The translations under genes were made by a program, and so were the position numbers. A model generated the notes under the pieces. That model made no database searches and was not told the DNA's origin. It saw nothing but the letters and a program-made list of their open reading frames with translations. DNA of 64,000 nt from Prorocentrum cordatum (taxonomy: Eukaryota). The stretch spans positions 186,001-250,000 of the forward strand of contig CAUYUJ010000181.1 in the NCBI GenBank assembly GCA_963575745.1, read 5' to 3'. This document shows, piece after piece, positions 18,243-29,830 of the stretch. Every line of letters begins with the position of its first letter. Position 1 is the first letter of the stretch.

Positions 18243-20234
18243 TCATAGCAGAAATAACTTGTTACTGAATGTGCGCCATCGCCTCTTGGGATCAGCCCAG
18301 GGTATACCAGCAGTATCTTCCGCAACATGAAGGAGTCCCTGTGCTGATCCATTCGCTGCGCAGAAAAAACTCATCCAGGCACTGCGCAAGTGCCTATGAC
18401 ATACCCTCCGGTCCTTCGCAACATATCTCATCCATGAGGCAATGCCTGGAATATTCCTGGGGCCGTCGTCTGGAGCATCGTGACAATACCTTTTGAGCCA
18501 AAGAAAGTCCTCCACTACAAGTGATGCCCATGACGATGAAGTACCCAGCGTAGCATCCAAGATCAGCCGCAATGTAGGAGATCCTGAATGCACCAGCCGA
18601 GCCACATAGCGTAGCCTTCGGAAGCGCAAAACCTCACAAAACTCCATCCTGTTGGCGATTACCAATACTTCTGAATCTGTGGTACGACCGACAGTGAGCA
18701 GGCTGTGCAATTTCCTGGTGCCCACTCGGTAACCTGATAGCAGCGCATGGTTCAACTTGGTCGTGCAAGATGCCGAAATCTTGTCCCATGTCTCCGCCTG
18801 AAAGAACAAATTCGTGCTGCACAGCGCATCGATATACTTGAGCTTGTCCTTCATGGCAATCTCGTACTTGATAACAGATGCCCTTAAGGGCCTCAGTGCC
18901 GTAGAGTGCTTGTTCTTCCTCCTGGATACCTCCTGTCCTGTGCTCCCATCGCCAGTGTAGATGCCACCTACATGCTTGTAAGCCTGCTCAAGCACGATGC
19001 GATCGTTCGATGTGCTATCTAACGCAATGGCTGAGAGCTTGGCCATGGTCCGCTTCGCGTGCAGGGAACCCTCGCCATTGTAGGAGATAACCGCGGCAGT
19101 CTTGCCCTTCCCGGAATGAAGTCGAAAGCCTGATCCTAGCATGTGCTTCCTCACAATCCTGCCGAGCAGCGATACTTGATCACGTGCTGCTGTGGGATCG
19201 TAGCATGGGGAGCAACAGCCTGAATCATCAACGAAGGTGGAATCCGTGAACGTGTCGCTCTCCACTGTGAGGCCCTGGGAGAATACCTGCTCGGATGCAT
19301 CAATACAATCTTTGAGGTCCATGGCAATGCCAGCCTGCTGCATATCAAATCTTATTCCTCTCAATGGTCGGGCGTAAACGACATTGAAGAAGAAGTCTGC
19401 TAGGGGATTCCCAGCCCGAGAGCTCCTTTGCGAAACAATCCACTGCGCATCTCCTGGCACCCTGAAGTGGGTGAGCCGATGTGCTTCGATCACTTGCGCA
19501 ACCAGATGTTGGTCAACCCTGGAGTCGACCAACACTGGCGCCGCTAGAACAACCTCCAGCAGCGGGTGTGCCAGCGCATTGGCATTGTCTAGGACCTGGT
19601 TGATGTACTTCTCGGTTCCCTTGAGCGGGATCCCAGCCTGTCGCAAAAGTGAGTAGAATGCGGCCACCAAATCCACGAACAATACTATGGCAATAAACTT
19701 CCTGGCCTTGACAATGTGTCTGAGGACTCGCACCATCTGAGAAGCCATGCCAGCACAACGGCCCTTGATACCCCCAGTCTGCGAGTCCACCATGAGTATC
19801 TCAATGCAATCCGTCATGGCTGCTCGAAGGAACGCGTGGTGATGCTTGGTAACGTCCGAGTTCAGCATGATCGAGCGGTACATCTCAGCCGTCATCCTGC
19901 CGCTCTTGCCCCTGTGGAGTCCGCATGCCAGTCCTGCTTTATGCATAGCCGCCTCCTGCACCAGAAGTCCAGCCTTAGCTGTAATAGCCAGGATATGCGG
20001 CAGAACAGCCGCAGGCGCAGCTTTGAGGACAGCATTCTGAACTAAATCATGGCCAGGTGCGCGGTGGGCTTTAACCCCTCGCATTCGGGTGGCAAGCCAT
20101 GCCGGAGACGGAATCGCTGAGATAGGCCGCGGGAAACCAAGAGCATGATTCAGAGTAGGCTGATTGTACTCAGTTTGCAGAGCCGATGCAGTACACTCGT
20201 ATCCATCCTCAAGTTGGGCAAAGTGTCGCCTCAA
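18243..20234 (-). CDS. LINE reverse transcriptase segment
   Basis: APGHD, YRSIML, QTGG, FVDLVAAFYSL, RAGNPLADFFF, TFVDD, GKTAAV, YKHVG. Confidence 0.9.
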   Translation of the reverse strand: MRRHFAQLEDGYECTASALQTEYNQPTLNHALGFPRPISAIPSPAWLATRMRGVKAHRAPGHDLVQNAVLKAAPAAVLPHILAITAKAGLLVQEAAMHKAGLACGLHRGKSGRMTAEMYRSIMLNSDVTKHHHAFLRAAMTDCIEILMVDSQTGGIKGRCAGMASQMVRVLRHIVKARKFIAIVLFVDLVAAFYSLLRQAGIPLKGTEKYINQVLDNANALAHPLLEVVLAAPVLVDSRVDQHLVAQVIEAHRLTHFRVPGDAQWIVSQRSSRAGNPLADFFFNVVYARPLRGIRFDMQQAGIAMDLKDCIDASEQVFSQGLTVESDTFTDSTFVDDSGCCSPCYDPTAARDQVSLLGRIVRKHMLGSGFRLHSGKGKTAAVISYNGEGSLHAKRTMAKLSAIALDSTSNDRIVLEQAYKHVGGIYTGDGSTGQEVSRRKNKHSTALRPLRASVIKYEIAMKDKLKYIDALCSTNLFFQAETWDKISASCTTKLNHALLSGYRVGTRKLHSLLTVGRTTDSEVLVIANRMEFCEVLRFRRLRYVARLVHSGSPTLRLILDATLGTSSSWASLVVEDFLWLKRYCHDAPDDGPRNIPGIASWMRYVAKDRRVCHRHLRSAWMSFFCAANGSAQGLLHVAEDTAGIPWADPKRRWRTFSNKLFLL

Positions 20235-20321
20235 GGTCTCGGCCCACTCCAGCTCGGAGGTGATGACTGAACCGTCTTGCTTGAATCGCTGAGGAAGGAG
20301 AGTGTGGTCGCATCGCGTTGC

Positions 20322-21902
20322 CTACTTGCCATTGAACCGCAGTAACCTCTGGAGCCAAACCCATTCATGGTGTCCGTCGTGTAGCATTGCCAATGCGCAA
20401 ATCTTCTTGGCGGTCTGCGTAAGAAAATCTTTTCTATCTCTGTTAAGACACCAGGTAAGTGTTCCAGCAGTTGCATCCATAAAGCATCTGGCAGCAGCAA
20501 GCATTTCTTCGATTGTGAACTCCTCGGCCTGAAATACGCCGCATGCCATGGCAAGCTGGCGCATAGGGCCTTCCCAGGGACACTGGGAGGACTCATCAGG
20601 GCCCCGACTTGCGCATGTGAATGTGTCCAGTTGCCTTGGCAGAAGCCTAGCCAATAGAAAGATAGGTTCCCACGAATGTCTAAAGACCGCTTGCTGTGCA
20701 CGCCGTACGTACCTGCGTAATCTGATAAGCGCCATAGTGCCTGTCTTGATGCATGGCTTCCTAGGAGAGAAACGGCCCTCAGCAAATAACTCAGCTGTGA
20801 GCTGGTTGATCTTGCAATTGAAGTCGTCAACCTGCTGATTGATGTCCGTAGCCCACGGCGCCACTGGCATCTCTAAGAGAGCTTGTCGGAATTTGTTCTG
20901 TCTGATAGGATCCGCCAATTTCTGCCTGTCGAGCCTCTTTCTCCCTGCTTCGGGTGTTGAGTAATATTTAGCAGCCTTGATGGTGACAACAACTGGCCAG
21001 TGGTCAGGGGATTTGCCACCAAGGTCCAAGTCAGTCATCACGTAGCAGGTCTTCGCACAAGCATGGATGCTGTCCTGCAACAAGATGTAATCCAGTCGAT
21101 GTAGTGTTCCACACTTAGCACGAAAAGTTTCAGGATGTTCATGAGGGAGGAACGTGTTAGTGATCTTCATGCTGTACTGATTGGAAACCCTCTGGAGCTC
21201 GAATCCGTTGAAGTCTAGTGAATCTGTCGGCCCGATGCTTCCTGAAACATCTGTGACCTCGCTGCCCATGCGAGCGTTCGCATCTGCCATAATAATAGTC
21301 GGTGGGTGCTGGTCCAAAACAGCTCGTACGTCTTGCCGCCATTTGCGAACATGCTGAGGCGGGTCCATGGTCCCACGTTTGTGGTGAGGAGCATGGATGA
21401 CTGCCACTGTGTGCACCATCATGGGCGCATGTATCTGCACAAGAAGAAATCTTTCGACTGCATGTATCACGTGGACGTGCTTGGTCAACAACTTTAATGG
21501 CCCCTTCTTCCCGCGTGCATAACCAAGCTCAAGGTTGACCAAGAGTGTACACCCAAGCCCTTTGGAGTCCGAGCCTGAGTTGGCAACCAGGAAGCCATCG
21601 GACTCGAACTTACCAGCAGGATGTGATGTCTCCTGGGTGCCAGCCAGTAGCACAGAATCATCTTTGAGCTGTAGCCGAAGATGTCTTGCACGGGCTCTGC
21701 GCTCCTCGTGTCGGGCAAAGTTGTGAACCGATTTGTCGGGACCTTCATTATCATCACCAGAGCATATCGTAACATTGTTGAAGGTCGCAATCTTATAGTC
21801 AATTCGAGTAGGTGCGCGCAGGACTGCCATTCCGCCTTCTCCCTGATCATCGTGCTGCAGTAACTTCTGTTTGTGCACCTCAAAGTGAAAACCATCTTCC
21901 AA
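20322..21902 (-). CDS. LINE APE (EEP-family) endonuclease segment
   Basis: IATFNN, GTQET, IHAPH, ADANARMGS, ETF..HRLDYIL, PDHWPV. Confidence 0.88.
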   Translation of the reverse strand: MEDGFHFEVHKQKLLQHDDQGEGGMAVLRAPTRIDYKIATFNNVTICSGDDNEGPDKSVHNFARHEERRARARHLRLQLKDDSVLLAGTQETSHPAGKFESDGFLVANSGSDSKGLGCTLLVNLELGYARGKKGPLKLLTKHVHVIHAVERFLLVQIHAPMMVHTVAVIHAPHHKRGTMDPPQHVRKWRQDVRAVLDQHPPTIIMADANARMGSEVTDVSGSIGPTDSLDFNGFELQRVSNQYSMKITNTFLPHEHPETFRAKCGTLHRLDYILLQDSIHACAKTCYVMTDLDLGGKSPDHWPVVVTIKAAKYYSTPEAGRKRLDRQKLADPIRQNKFRQALLEMPVAPWATDINQQVDDFNCKINQLTAELFAEGRFSPRKPCIKTGTMALIRLRRYVRRAQQAVFRHSWEPIFLLARLLPRQLDTFTCASRGPDESSQCPWEGPMRQLAMACGVFQAEEFTIEEMLAAARCFMDATAGTLTWCLNRDRKDFLTQTAKKICALAMLHDGHHEWVWLQRLLRFNGK

Positions 21903-21950
21903 GAAGCACGGATATGGTGATGTCGTCGGATTTAAAAACCTTGTAAACTG

Positions 21951-23210
21951 CTACTCAGCATCTACCGTATACTTCAGTGCTTGACGTGGAGCCTGCGGTA
22001 GGTCTGGTGGCACATTGGATTCTTTAGTAAAGTGCCTGGATATCGAGTCGACTGCTTCGTTCCATGGGTAGTCCTGGCGACCTGGTTCCTGCACCACTGA
22101 TATCGGACGCACGCGCTGCACGTCTCTGAGAACAGTGGCCGCCATCTTGTCCAACTCAGAAACCAAGGCAACGCGACTCAAAGCTTTGTCGACCGCCGCC
22201 ATATTGTCGCAGATGATGTACACCTGCTCATCGAAGGGCAACTGAAGAGAAAAGATAGCCGCCCAGACAACGCCCAAAAGTTCAACCTCAGTGCTGTGGG
22301 TCTGCTCGGCCATGTTGTCAAAGGAGTGAGATGTCGCCGCTCGTGCCGCCACATAGCCCTGGCACGCGAACCCCATGGGGTCCTGCATGGCGTGGGCCAG
22401 CGCGAACGCCGCCAGCTCGGGAGACTTGGAGTACAGAGATGCGTCTGTATAAACGTGATGCGTGGCCTGGCCCGTGCTTGGACGGGGAGGGTGCATGCGC
22501 AGAGCCAAGTCAGCAAACTGATGCAATAGCATACCACGGTAGTCCCAAGAGAGCTGTAACCGCCACTGTATCTGATCAAACAACTCTGGTAACGTAGGGA
22601 CATGCTTAACTTGACAATTTGCTGCCATAGCTGGCTGCGAAGCTGTATGATCAACGTGCGCGTTGGGGCTGTCGATCTCCATGCCAGCATGGTGCTGTGG
22701 AACCACAGCACTACCCCTCGCCAAATCGCCTATCTGAAATAAATTCGGTGAATTCTCGTTGTGGCCGAACATGCAGTTGTAGATGTCGACCGTGAATGCT
22801 CCTCTCGCTCCGCCCGATGGCGCTGGAGAAGACGACTGCAACGTAGGCAGGCACCCCAAAGCCTCTTGGCGATGCCGTTGACTGCCTGGCGGTCGGTACC
22901 CTCTGGCGCACATGCGCTGCGTCGATGGGGGCGCTGGGCAGCGCGCGCCGAAGGCCGAGGCCAACGGTCGGTGCCCCCTGGCGCCCCTTTGAGCAGCTTG
23001 GTACGCTGAGCAGTGCGTGCCGCTGGGCTCATGAGTAAATTCAAAGCTAAGCATGCCTGAATGACTAGAGCGGTCGATACTCACACCTTCACCCGCTGCT
23101 TCATGTAGATGTGAACTGCTTGAATTCTCACCGACGGAGTCCCCAATCTCGTCGGTGTAGGTGCGCAACTCCAGCGCTGGGGCAGAGTGCACAGCGCGCT
23201 GATGCTGCAC
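21951..23210 (-). CDS. LINE ORF2 N-terminal part with RNase H domain (~22040-22470)
   Basis: VYTDASLY, STEVELLGVVWA, IICDNMAAV, WNEAVDSIS (D-E-D-D pattern). Confidence 0.75.
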   Translation of the reverse strand: MQHQRAVHSAPALELRTYTDEIGDSVGENSSSSHLHEAAGEGVSIDRSSHSGMLSFEFTHEPSGTHCSAYQAAQRGARGHRPLASAFGARCPAPPSTQRMCARGYRPPGSQRHRQEALGCLPTLQSSSPAPSGGARGAFTVDIYNCMFGHNENSPNLFQIGDLARGSAVVPQHHAGMEIDSPNAHVDHTASQPAMAANCQVKHVPTLPELFDQIQWRLQLSWDYRGMLLHQFADLALRMHPPRPSTGQATHHVYTDASLYSKSPELAAFALAHAMQDPMGFACQGYVAARAATSHSFDNMAEQTHSTEVELLGVVWAAIFSLQLPFDEQVYIICDNMAAVDKALSRVALVSELDKMAATVLRDVQRVRPISVVQEPGRQDYPWNEAVDSISRHFTKESNVPPDLPQAPRQALKYTVDAE

Positions 23211-23230
23211 CTCTGGAGACCCAGCTGATG

Positions 23231-24961
23231 CTAGCCTCCTCCGTGCGCCACGCCTGGGATGTGAAAACCTGCCTCCCGACGTACCTCCTCTGAGTTGCCG
23301 AGGTCGTCAGGCTTGCCGCGACGAAGGCGTTCAGCACGGCCTCCACCTGACCTGCTACGAGTGGAAGAACCCTTACGCTCCTCCGTCTTGGCATCCTGCG
23401 CGGTCAGGTCGAACTGCTGTGGTGCAACTTGGGGACCACAGGGCTGTGAGGTGCCAGGGATGCCGCATGATGATGATGAGTACCAGTGTGAAGGCGACGC
23501 CGCCGGCTGCGCACATGGGGGCGGCGGTGGAGGGGGAGGAACGCCCTTCATCTTGGCAGCAGCTTCCTCGTTGATGTTGCGCTGCTCCTCTTCAAACTGC
23601 GCTGCTGCCCTGGCTTGCTGATCAACTTTGAACTGGCGATGCACCTCCGCCTCCTGACTGAAGTCGAACTCCGCATGGTATCCATCACAAAATAGTCCCT
23701 CTGCTTCTTCATCAATACGCCTCTGCTCATCCTCTGCTTGGGCTTCGTCAAAGTCATGCTGATCTCTGCGGCGCTGCTCCTCCTGCATCTTGGCATAATA
23801 ATCGCCAGCGTCGAAGGTGCCCGTGGCAGAGGTCTCCGATACTGGGCACTGCTGAGCTGCAGCCGCAGCAACGTCCTTTGGCATCTGTGACTGAGACGGA
23901 ATGGACACGGGAGGCCTAGGGGCGGATGTTGCCACAGGCGTCGGCATCTGTGACTGCGACGGTATCGTCTGTGGCTGTGACTGGTGAACTGGAGCATCTC
24001 GTTGATGTGCGTTCGGCGATGCCTGGGTCTGAGGGATCTCTGTCTGCCCATTCGACGCGCCGAACTGTGCAAATAGAAATTGCAACTTCATCGCCTGCAT
24101 TTGAGACTCCTGCTGTTGTGCATGAATCTGAGCTGCTTGACTCTTCTGCTGATCCAATATCTGCTGCAGCGAGGCGGTGATCTGCGACAATGCATTGATT
24201 TTTCCCTTTCCCAACCCCTCCGCGGGAGGAGGGGGCGGGGGTGGGGGGCGGGCCAATCCAGCCGCAGTCCCCTGGGCACTCCTGCGCTGCGGCGCCTGAG
24301 GTGGTGGCGGTGGTGGCCGAGCAGGCACATTGCCTTGATCAACTTGCATATGAGAATCCATGTCGGCAGAGAGATGCTTGTGCTGGTCCTGAACAAATGT
24401 ACTGAGCTGCTCTTTTGCCAAAGTAAACTGTTTGTGCAAATCATCTCTCTCATTGACCAACTCACCAAGCTGCTTCTCAACTCTTTCTATCTTATATTTA
24501 AGTATCTCTGCTCCCTTGCTGATTGACTTCTGCTGCTCGGCCTCAGGCAAAAGCTGCAATATGGCTGCCTTCAGAACAGAAGCTTCCGTGGTCTCGATGG
24601 CGGCTGACTTGCCTGCGGCCTTGAGAGATCTGATTAGCTCCGCCAATTGGTATATCCTCTTCCACTGCTTCTGTTTGTACTCCTTGACTCTTTCCTTTTC
24701 CTCGGGGGGCGGCGGTGGGATCCACGATTCGGCAACTCTGGCAAGATTTGGATGCATCGGCCCTATTTCATTGATAACTTTACGAACTGGACCTTCTTTC
24801 CTCTTGCGGCTTGCCGATCTGTCACGAGCATCCTGCTTGGACTTCCCACGTGATGACGTTCTCTTAGCTCCATTCTGCTGATAGGCGCTGCCGCACTGCT
24901 TACAATACCAGAAAGAACTTCCGTTGGTGGTGTTGCACTTCGAACATTTCCAGCCTCCCAT
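23231..24961 (-). CDS. LINE ORF1 with N-terminal RanBP2-type Zn finger and coiled coil
   Basis: MGGWKCSKCNTTNGSSFWYCKQCG followed by a coiled-coil region and a Q/P-rich tail. Confidence 0.75.
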   Translation of the reverse strand: MGGWKCSKCNTTNGSSFWYCKQCGSAYQQNGAKRTSSRGKSKQDARDRSASRKRKEGPVRKVINEIGPMHPNLARVAESWIPPPPPEEKERVKEYKQKQWKRIYQLAELIRSLKAAGKSAAIETTEASVLKAAILQLLPEAEQQKSISKGAEILKYKIERVEKQLGELVNERDDLHKQFTLAKEQLSTFVQDQHKHLSADMDSHMQVDQGNVPARPPPPPPQAPQRRSAQGTAAGLARPPPPPPPPAEGLGKGKINALSQITASLQQILDQQKSQAAQIHAQQQESQMQAMKLQFLFAQFGASNGQTEIPQTQASPNAHQRDAPVHQSQPQTIPSQSQMPTPVATSAPRPPVSIPSQSQMPKDVAAAAAQQCPVSETSATGTFDAGDYYAKMQEEQRRRDQHDFDEAQAEDEQRRIDEEAEGLFCDGYHAEFDFSQEAEVHRQFKVDQQARAAAQFEEEQRNINEEAAAKMKGVPPPPPPPPCAQPAASPSHWYSSSSCGIPGTSQPCGPQVAPQQFDLTAQDAKTEERKGSSTRSRSGGGRAERLRRGKPDDLGNSEEVRREAGFHIPGVAHGGG

Positions 24962-26468
24962 AGCTGAATGATGCTGCCGCAGACGCTCGGCAGCTGCACG
25001 TACTCGTAGCAGCGTGCGGCCCGCAGCACGTAGCCTCCTCAGCCTGCGGTGCCAGGCGGGCTCGGCCTGGCGGAGGCCGTGCGGCCTCGGGCCACGGCCC
25101 GCGGCCTGGCGTCGGCTGTCCCGCTGCAGCCCCGTTGGGGGCAAGCCCAGCGGGCGAGGCGGTCCGCCTATCGCGCGGCGGACGCGCGGGGTCGCCCTGG
25201 CGGGGCGCGCGGCCGCGGTGGGGGGGCGCCGCGCCCCGTTCGATTAGGGCAACGCCTCCTCCTCCGCCTCCTCCTCCTCCCGCTTCTCCCCGCCTCATCC
25301 CTCCTCTCTTCTCCTTCATCGACCGGCGTGCATGAAATGCGAGGCGCGGCGACCCTCTGCCATGGCGGTCCAACGCGCGTGCCCTCTCCACATCCCTCTC
25401 CTGCCCGTCTCCGCCCCCTCCCGCCCTTCACGCTCTCGCTGCGCACGGGCCGACCGTCATCGGCAGCCCACAGCACAGGACAGTGTTGGTGGTGTCCAGC
25501 TGCTGCAGCTTCAGCGGCTTGATCACTACCTCGGCGACTCCAACCGAAGGGGGGAGCAGGCGAGATACGGTCGGGAGCTCTTGTGGATCGCGTGCCGCCG
25601 CGGCGGCCCCGGCGACACGCTGTGCCTCGCAAGGGGGACAGCGTTTCGCTCCGCTCCGCGTGGCGAGAGGCTCGGAAGAGCTCGTGACGTGGATACCTGG
25701 GAGCCGGGAAGGGGATGGCGTGTCGCGCCGAAGAGTGGTGGGCAAAAACCAGCGGAGCGACACGCTTTCCAAAGATGTCCCCAACCGTAGGGGGGGAGGA
25801 CTGTAGAGAGCCCAGAATCGAATCGATAGGTCGGATCGGCGATCGAAATGAATCGGATCGGCGGAAGTCGGCAGCCAAGTCGGGAGTAGTCGTATCGGCG
25901 GAAGTCGGCAGGCTAGTCAGCCTCCGTTGAGAAATCGGAATCCAAATCGGAATCCGAAGTCGAATCGAACCAGAATCGGAAATCATAAAACTCAAACCGA
26001 ATCGGAGGAATCGAAACGAGCCCTGCAGGAACGAGACGAAGGGGAGGAGGACGCGGGGGGAGACGAAAGGATGGAAGAGACGAGCACGATGCTCACGACT
26101 CGCCTGCGTACACCTAGCTGACCGCTCTCCCAAAGCACGGGTCACTACCAAGAAGGGCTGCGCCGTCCGGCGGCTCGAAGCCCTGCCGCCCCCGAGTAGA
26201 GAAAGAGAACCCAAAGATCCGATGGTATGATTTGTTCCTGGATTTCGGCCTCCGGGGCCCGCTATCGGCCCTGGGGACCATCAAGAATGGATCTGGGACG
26301 AAACACCGCCCCCAGGGAAGGGGTCGGGACCTCTTGGGCCGCGGATTGAAGAAAATCATCTCGGCGGATGCCTGGGACTGCGCCGTCTGGCAACTCGCAG
26401 CCCTGCCGCCCCCGACGAGAGTAAGAGAACGATGCACTTGCGCGACTCCTGGCCCCTTCCATAGAGGC

Positions 26469-26699
26469 CTCCTAGATGGGGTCCGCGTAGATGGGGTCGG
26501 AGGATCGCGCCGCATCGCCGATACATCGGCGATGCATCGGCGATGCATCGGGGATGCACTGGCGACGCATCGTCGACGTCCGCGACGCAGCGGCGACGTC
26601 GACGTGAAGCAAATGGGGCTCCACATCGAGCCGCATCGGCGATGCATCGGCGATGCGGCGCGAACCTCCGACCCCATCTTCTCCGACCCCATCTAGGAG
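26469..26699. mobile_element. MITE with perfect 15-bp TIR CTCCTAGATGGGGTC and nested inner inverted repeats
   Basis: 26469-26483 vs 26685-26699; the interior recurs at ~38565-38642. Confidence 0.7.
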
Positions 26700-26865
26700 C
26701 ACTACAGCTACCAAGAAGGGCTGCGCCGTCTGGCACCTCGCAGCCCTGCCGCCCCCGACGAGCGCAGGAGAACGGTGCAATGGCGCGACTCCTGGCCCCT
26801 TCCAGCAGCAAGTGGGCACACAAACAAAAACGACTAGAGAGACCAATCTAGGGGAGCACGAGTGA

Positions 26866-27076
26866 GGGGCAACGATAGGGGGGGACTGGCATAAGGGGGG
26901 ATGCATCGACCTGGAATCGGCGATACATCGCCGTTAGATCGGCGATAGGCCCCCCGGTAGTGCCTCCGCACCTTGCCGTGCAGGTTGGGGCTATCGGGCC
27001 CCTATCGGCGATCAGTGGGCGATTGGGGGTCGATGCATCCCCCCTCTATGCCTATCCCCCCCCCTATCGTCGCCCC
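26866..27076. mobile_element. MITE family B (TIR GGGGCAACG..., ~45 bp); copies ~28335-28546, ~45893-46102, ~55220-55598
   Basis: GGGGCAACGATAGGGG..GGCATA..ATGCATCGAC pairs with its reverse complement at the right end. TGA/TAA-like flanks suggest PIF/Harbinger. Confidence 0.7.
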
Positions 27077-29214
27077 CGAACGAAGGACATGGCGAGCTGT
27101 GTCATCGGCAGCGCCGGCGAGAACGGGCGCGAGGGCCAGGGACAGCGGGGCGCGCCCGGGCGCGGGGCGCGCAGAGCGAGCGGAAATTTTGAGCAGGGAC
27201 CGACCGTCCCGGCATTCCTACAGGCCCACCGCGATATGTTCTTAGAAACCCAGAGATGTTCTAAGAACGAACATAACGTCCTCATAGCACAAGCCCGACG
27301 AGTTGAAACAAGACGAACTCAACCAGAAAGGTTCTGAGAACATTTTTCGCGCAGACCACAAAAGGTGATTGGAACATTCTTTGATGGGCCTATCAGCGAG
27401 GCAGGACCTTAGCTGCCCCGATACGCAAGACGCAACACGTAGCGTATTGATACGGAGCTCAACACGAGGACTGAAAACATAGGTCCGACGCGATACGCTC
27501 GCCAAAACGTGGCCAACACGTGGAGCCAACACGCAACGCACTGACACGGACGTCTTGAGCACAAGACGTGTTGCGTTTCAAAACGGGCGTATCGAGGCAA
27601 CTGAGGCCGGGACGCTTCGCCACGGCGTGAGGGAAAAGCGCAGCGAGCGGCCGCGGAGGAGAGCTGTGGAGGCCCGACCGCCGAACACCGACGTGCCGAG
27701 GGGTGCGCAGGCGGCCTCGAGCACCGGGGGACGGCATGCATACCGAGTGCAGTCAGCCCGCCTCCTCCTCCTCCGCCTCCTCCGCCTCCTCCTCCTCCTC
27801 TTCGAGGAGGCGCGACGAGGATGCAAGGGCCTTGGAAGGGCCTGCGAGCGGGGCGCGGCCAGCGAGAGCGGCCAAGGATGGGCCGAGGGGGCACGGGTGC
27901 AAGGGCAATTACCCTTGGCCCATCCTTATTATGCGGGTTGACTGTGGACGCGCACCGGGAGGGCCGTGCCGCCGAAGCAGGAAACGGCCACCAAGGGACA
28001 GGGAGCACTTTTGTCGTCGGCTGCTCGGCGGGGGTCGTCTGCGCTGGCGGATGAGCGAACTGAACTGGGGCACCGTTGTAGCGAATTGGCCGCCATGCAA
28101 GAGGCGGGGGGGCAGGAAGAGCGGGCGGCCGTTGGGAGGGGGAAAACGGGTGGCGAGGGCACACACGAGGCCGAGCGGGGCGTGCGAACGATGCGGAGGG
28201 AGGCCACCCGCTCTGCCTGCTCACCTGGGGGGGCCAGCCAGGCCGGCCACGCGACGGCCGCGTGTGCACCCAGCCTGGGGACTGGGCCGGCCACACCTGG
28301 CGTGCCTGATCTCAGACGGCGGCTCCAGAAACTGAGGGGCAACGAACGTTAGGCGCGACGAGCTCAGGGGGAGACACCTCGCCCTGGAATCCACGATACA
28401 TCGCCGATGGATCGGCGATTGGCCCGCGAGAGCGGACCCGCGCGGTCCTCGGCGGGGTGGAGCCATCTCGCCCGCATCGGCGATGAGCGGGCGATGGGGG
28501 GTCGATGCGTCCCCGAGTGAGCCCATCCTCCCCTGCCGCTGCCCCCGAGATGCCCAGAGAGCTCTTCCTCCTCCTCCTCCTCCTCCTCCTCCTCCTCCTC
28601 CTCCTCCTCCTCCTCCTCCTCCTCCTCCTCCTCCTCCTCCTCCTCCTCCTCCTCCTCCTCTCCTCCTCCTCCTCCTCCTCCTCCTCCTCCTCCTCCTCCC
28701 TCCTCCTCCTCCTCCTCCTCCTCCCCCTCCGCCTCCGCCAGAAGCGCGCCATCTCTCTTCTCTCGAGGGCGCCTTCTTCAGTGCCGCCGGCCTGCCGCGC
28801 GGCCTGCCGCGCGGCCTGCGCCCGCGGAGGCGGCCTCGTGTTTCTCTTTCGCCAGCTCTGCCGTCGCTCGTCCGCCGCTCATTCCGCCGAGGAAGTGGTG
28901 CCGGCCCCTTCCATTGATGGGCCTGTTTTCCACCACCACCACCATAAGTTGGAGGGGGAGGGGGTCCTCCTCCTCCTCCTCCCTCCTCCTCCTCCTCCTC
29001 CTCCTCCTCCTCCTCCTTCCACCCTCCAACTTATGGTGGTGGTGGTGGTGGAAAACAAGCCAATCATTCCATCCTCGAAGGCGACGCCCCTGTCATGGAG
29101 CGCCTCAGACTGGGAGCACGCGCCGGATGCTGGCTTCCGTGGATGCTGACATACTGGTGACGAGAGCTCTCCCCGAGATGGAGGCTCTCTCGGGCTCAGG
29201 CGCGTGACTTGTTC

Positions 29215-29830
29215 GGACCCAAGACGGCCCCAAGACGGGCCAAGAGGGCCTCAAGAGGCCCACAAGACGGTCCAAGAGGGCCCCGAAACCTAAATATCGT
29301 TCCAAGACTCCCAAGATGGCCCCAAGACTGCCCAAAAGGCCTCGGAGACGGCCCAAGAGAGCCCCAAGAGCCGCCCCAAGAGGGCACCGAGATGCCAAAA
29401 TCATCGAGTTCCAATTATTTATTCTATGATGTTGGGGTCCTCGACTTTTCGAGCTCCCGACGCTCCAAGACGGCCCAAGAGGCCCCCAAGACCGCCCCAA
29501 GACGGCCCAAGAGGCCCCCAGGAGGGCCACAGCACGGCCCAAGAGGGTTTCTCCAACACTGCCCCAGGGGCGCCCAAGACGGTCCAAGAGGGACCAAACA
29601 CAGCCCCGAGAAGGGCCCAAGAGGGGGAACACGAATCGAAGATCCGAGTCTTCCGCCCCAAGAACCCTCCAGGAACCCTCCAGGAGGCCCCCAAGGAGGC
29701 CCCAAGGGGGGCGCCCAAGAGGCCCCAAGAGACCCCAGGAGCCCCCGAGGATGCCCCAAGAGGCCCCCCAAACGGCCCCCGAGGGGCCTCAATGCGCCCC
29801 CCCCCAGAAAGGCCCCCCGACAGGCCTCCC
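29215..29830 (+). repeat. Degenerate (GGCCCAAGA)-type minisatellite; related tracts ~31900-32480 (opposite strand), ~40700-40960, ~63060-63200
   Basis: Recurrent CCCAAGA units. Confidence 0.85.

Larger units (their letters stand above)
16936..24961 (-). mobile_element. LINE (non-LTR retrotransposon): ORF1, RNase H, APE endonuclease, RT, ZnF, DNMT-like; several frameshifts
   Basis: Collinear minus-strand ORFs carrying the motifs listed in the component features. Confidence 0.9.

Noticed and set aside
18490..18507. TTTGGCTCAA SL-like match inside the LINE ORF2
   Set aside because: Only about 10 nt, within conserved coding sequence; consistent with chance.
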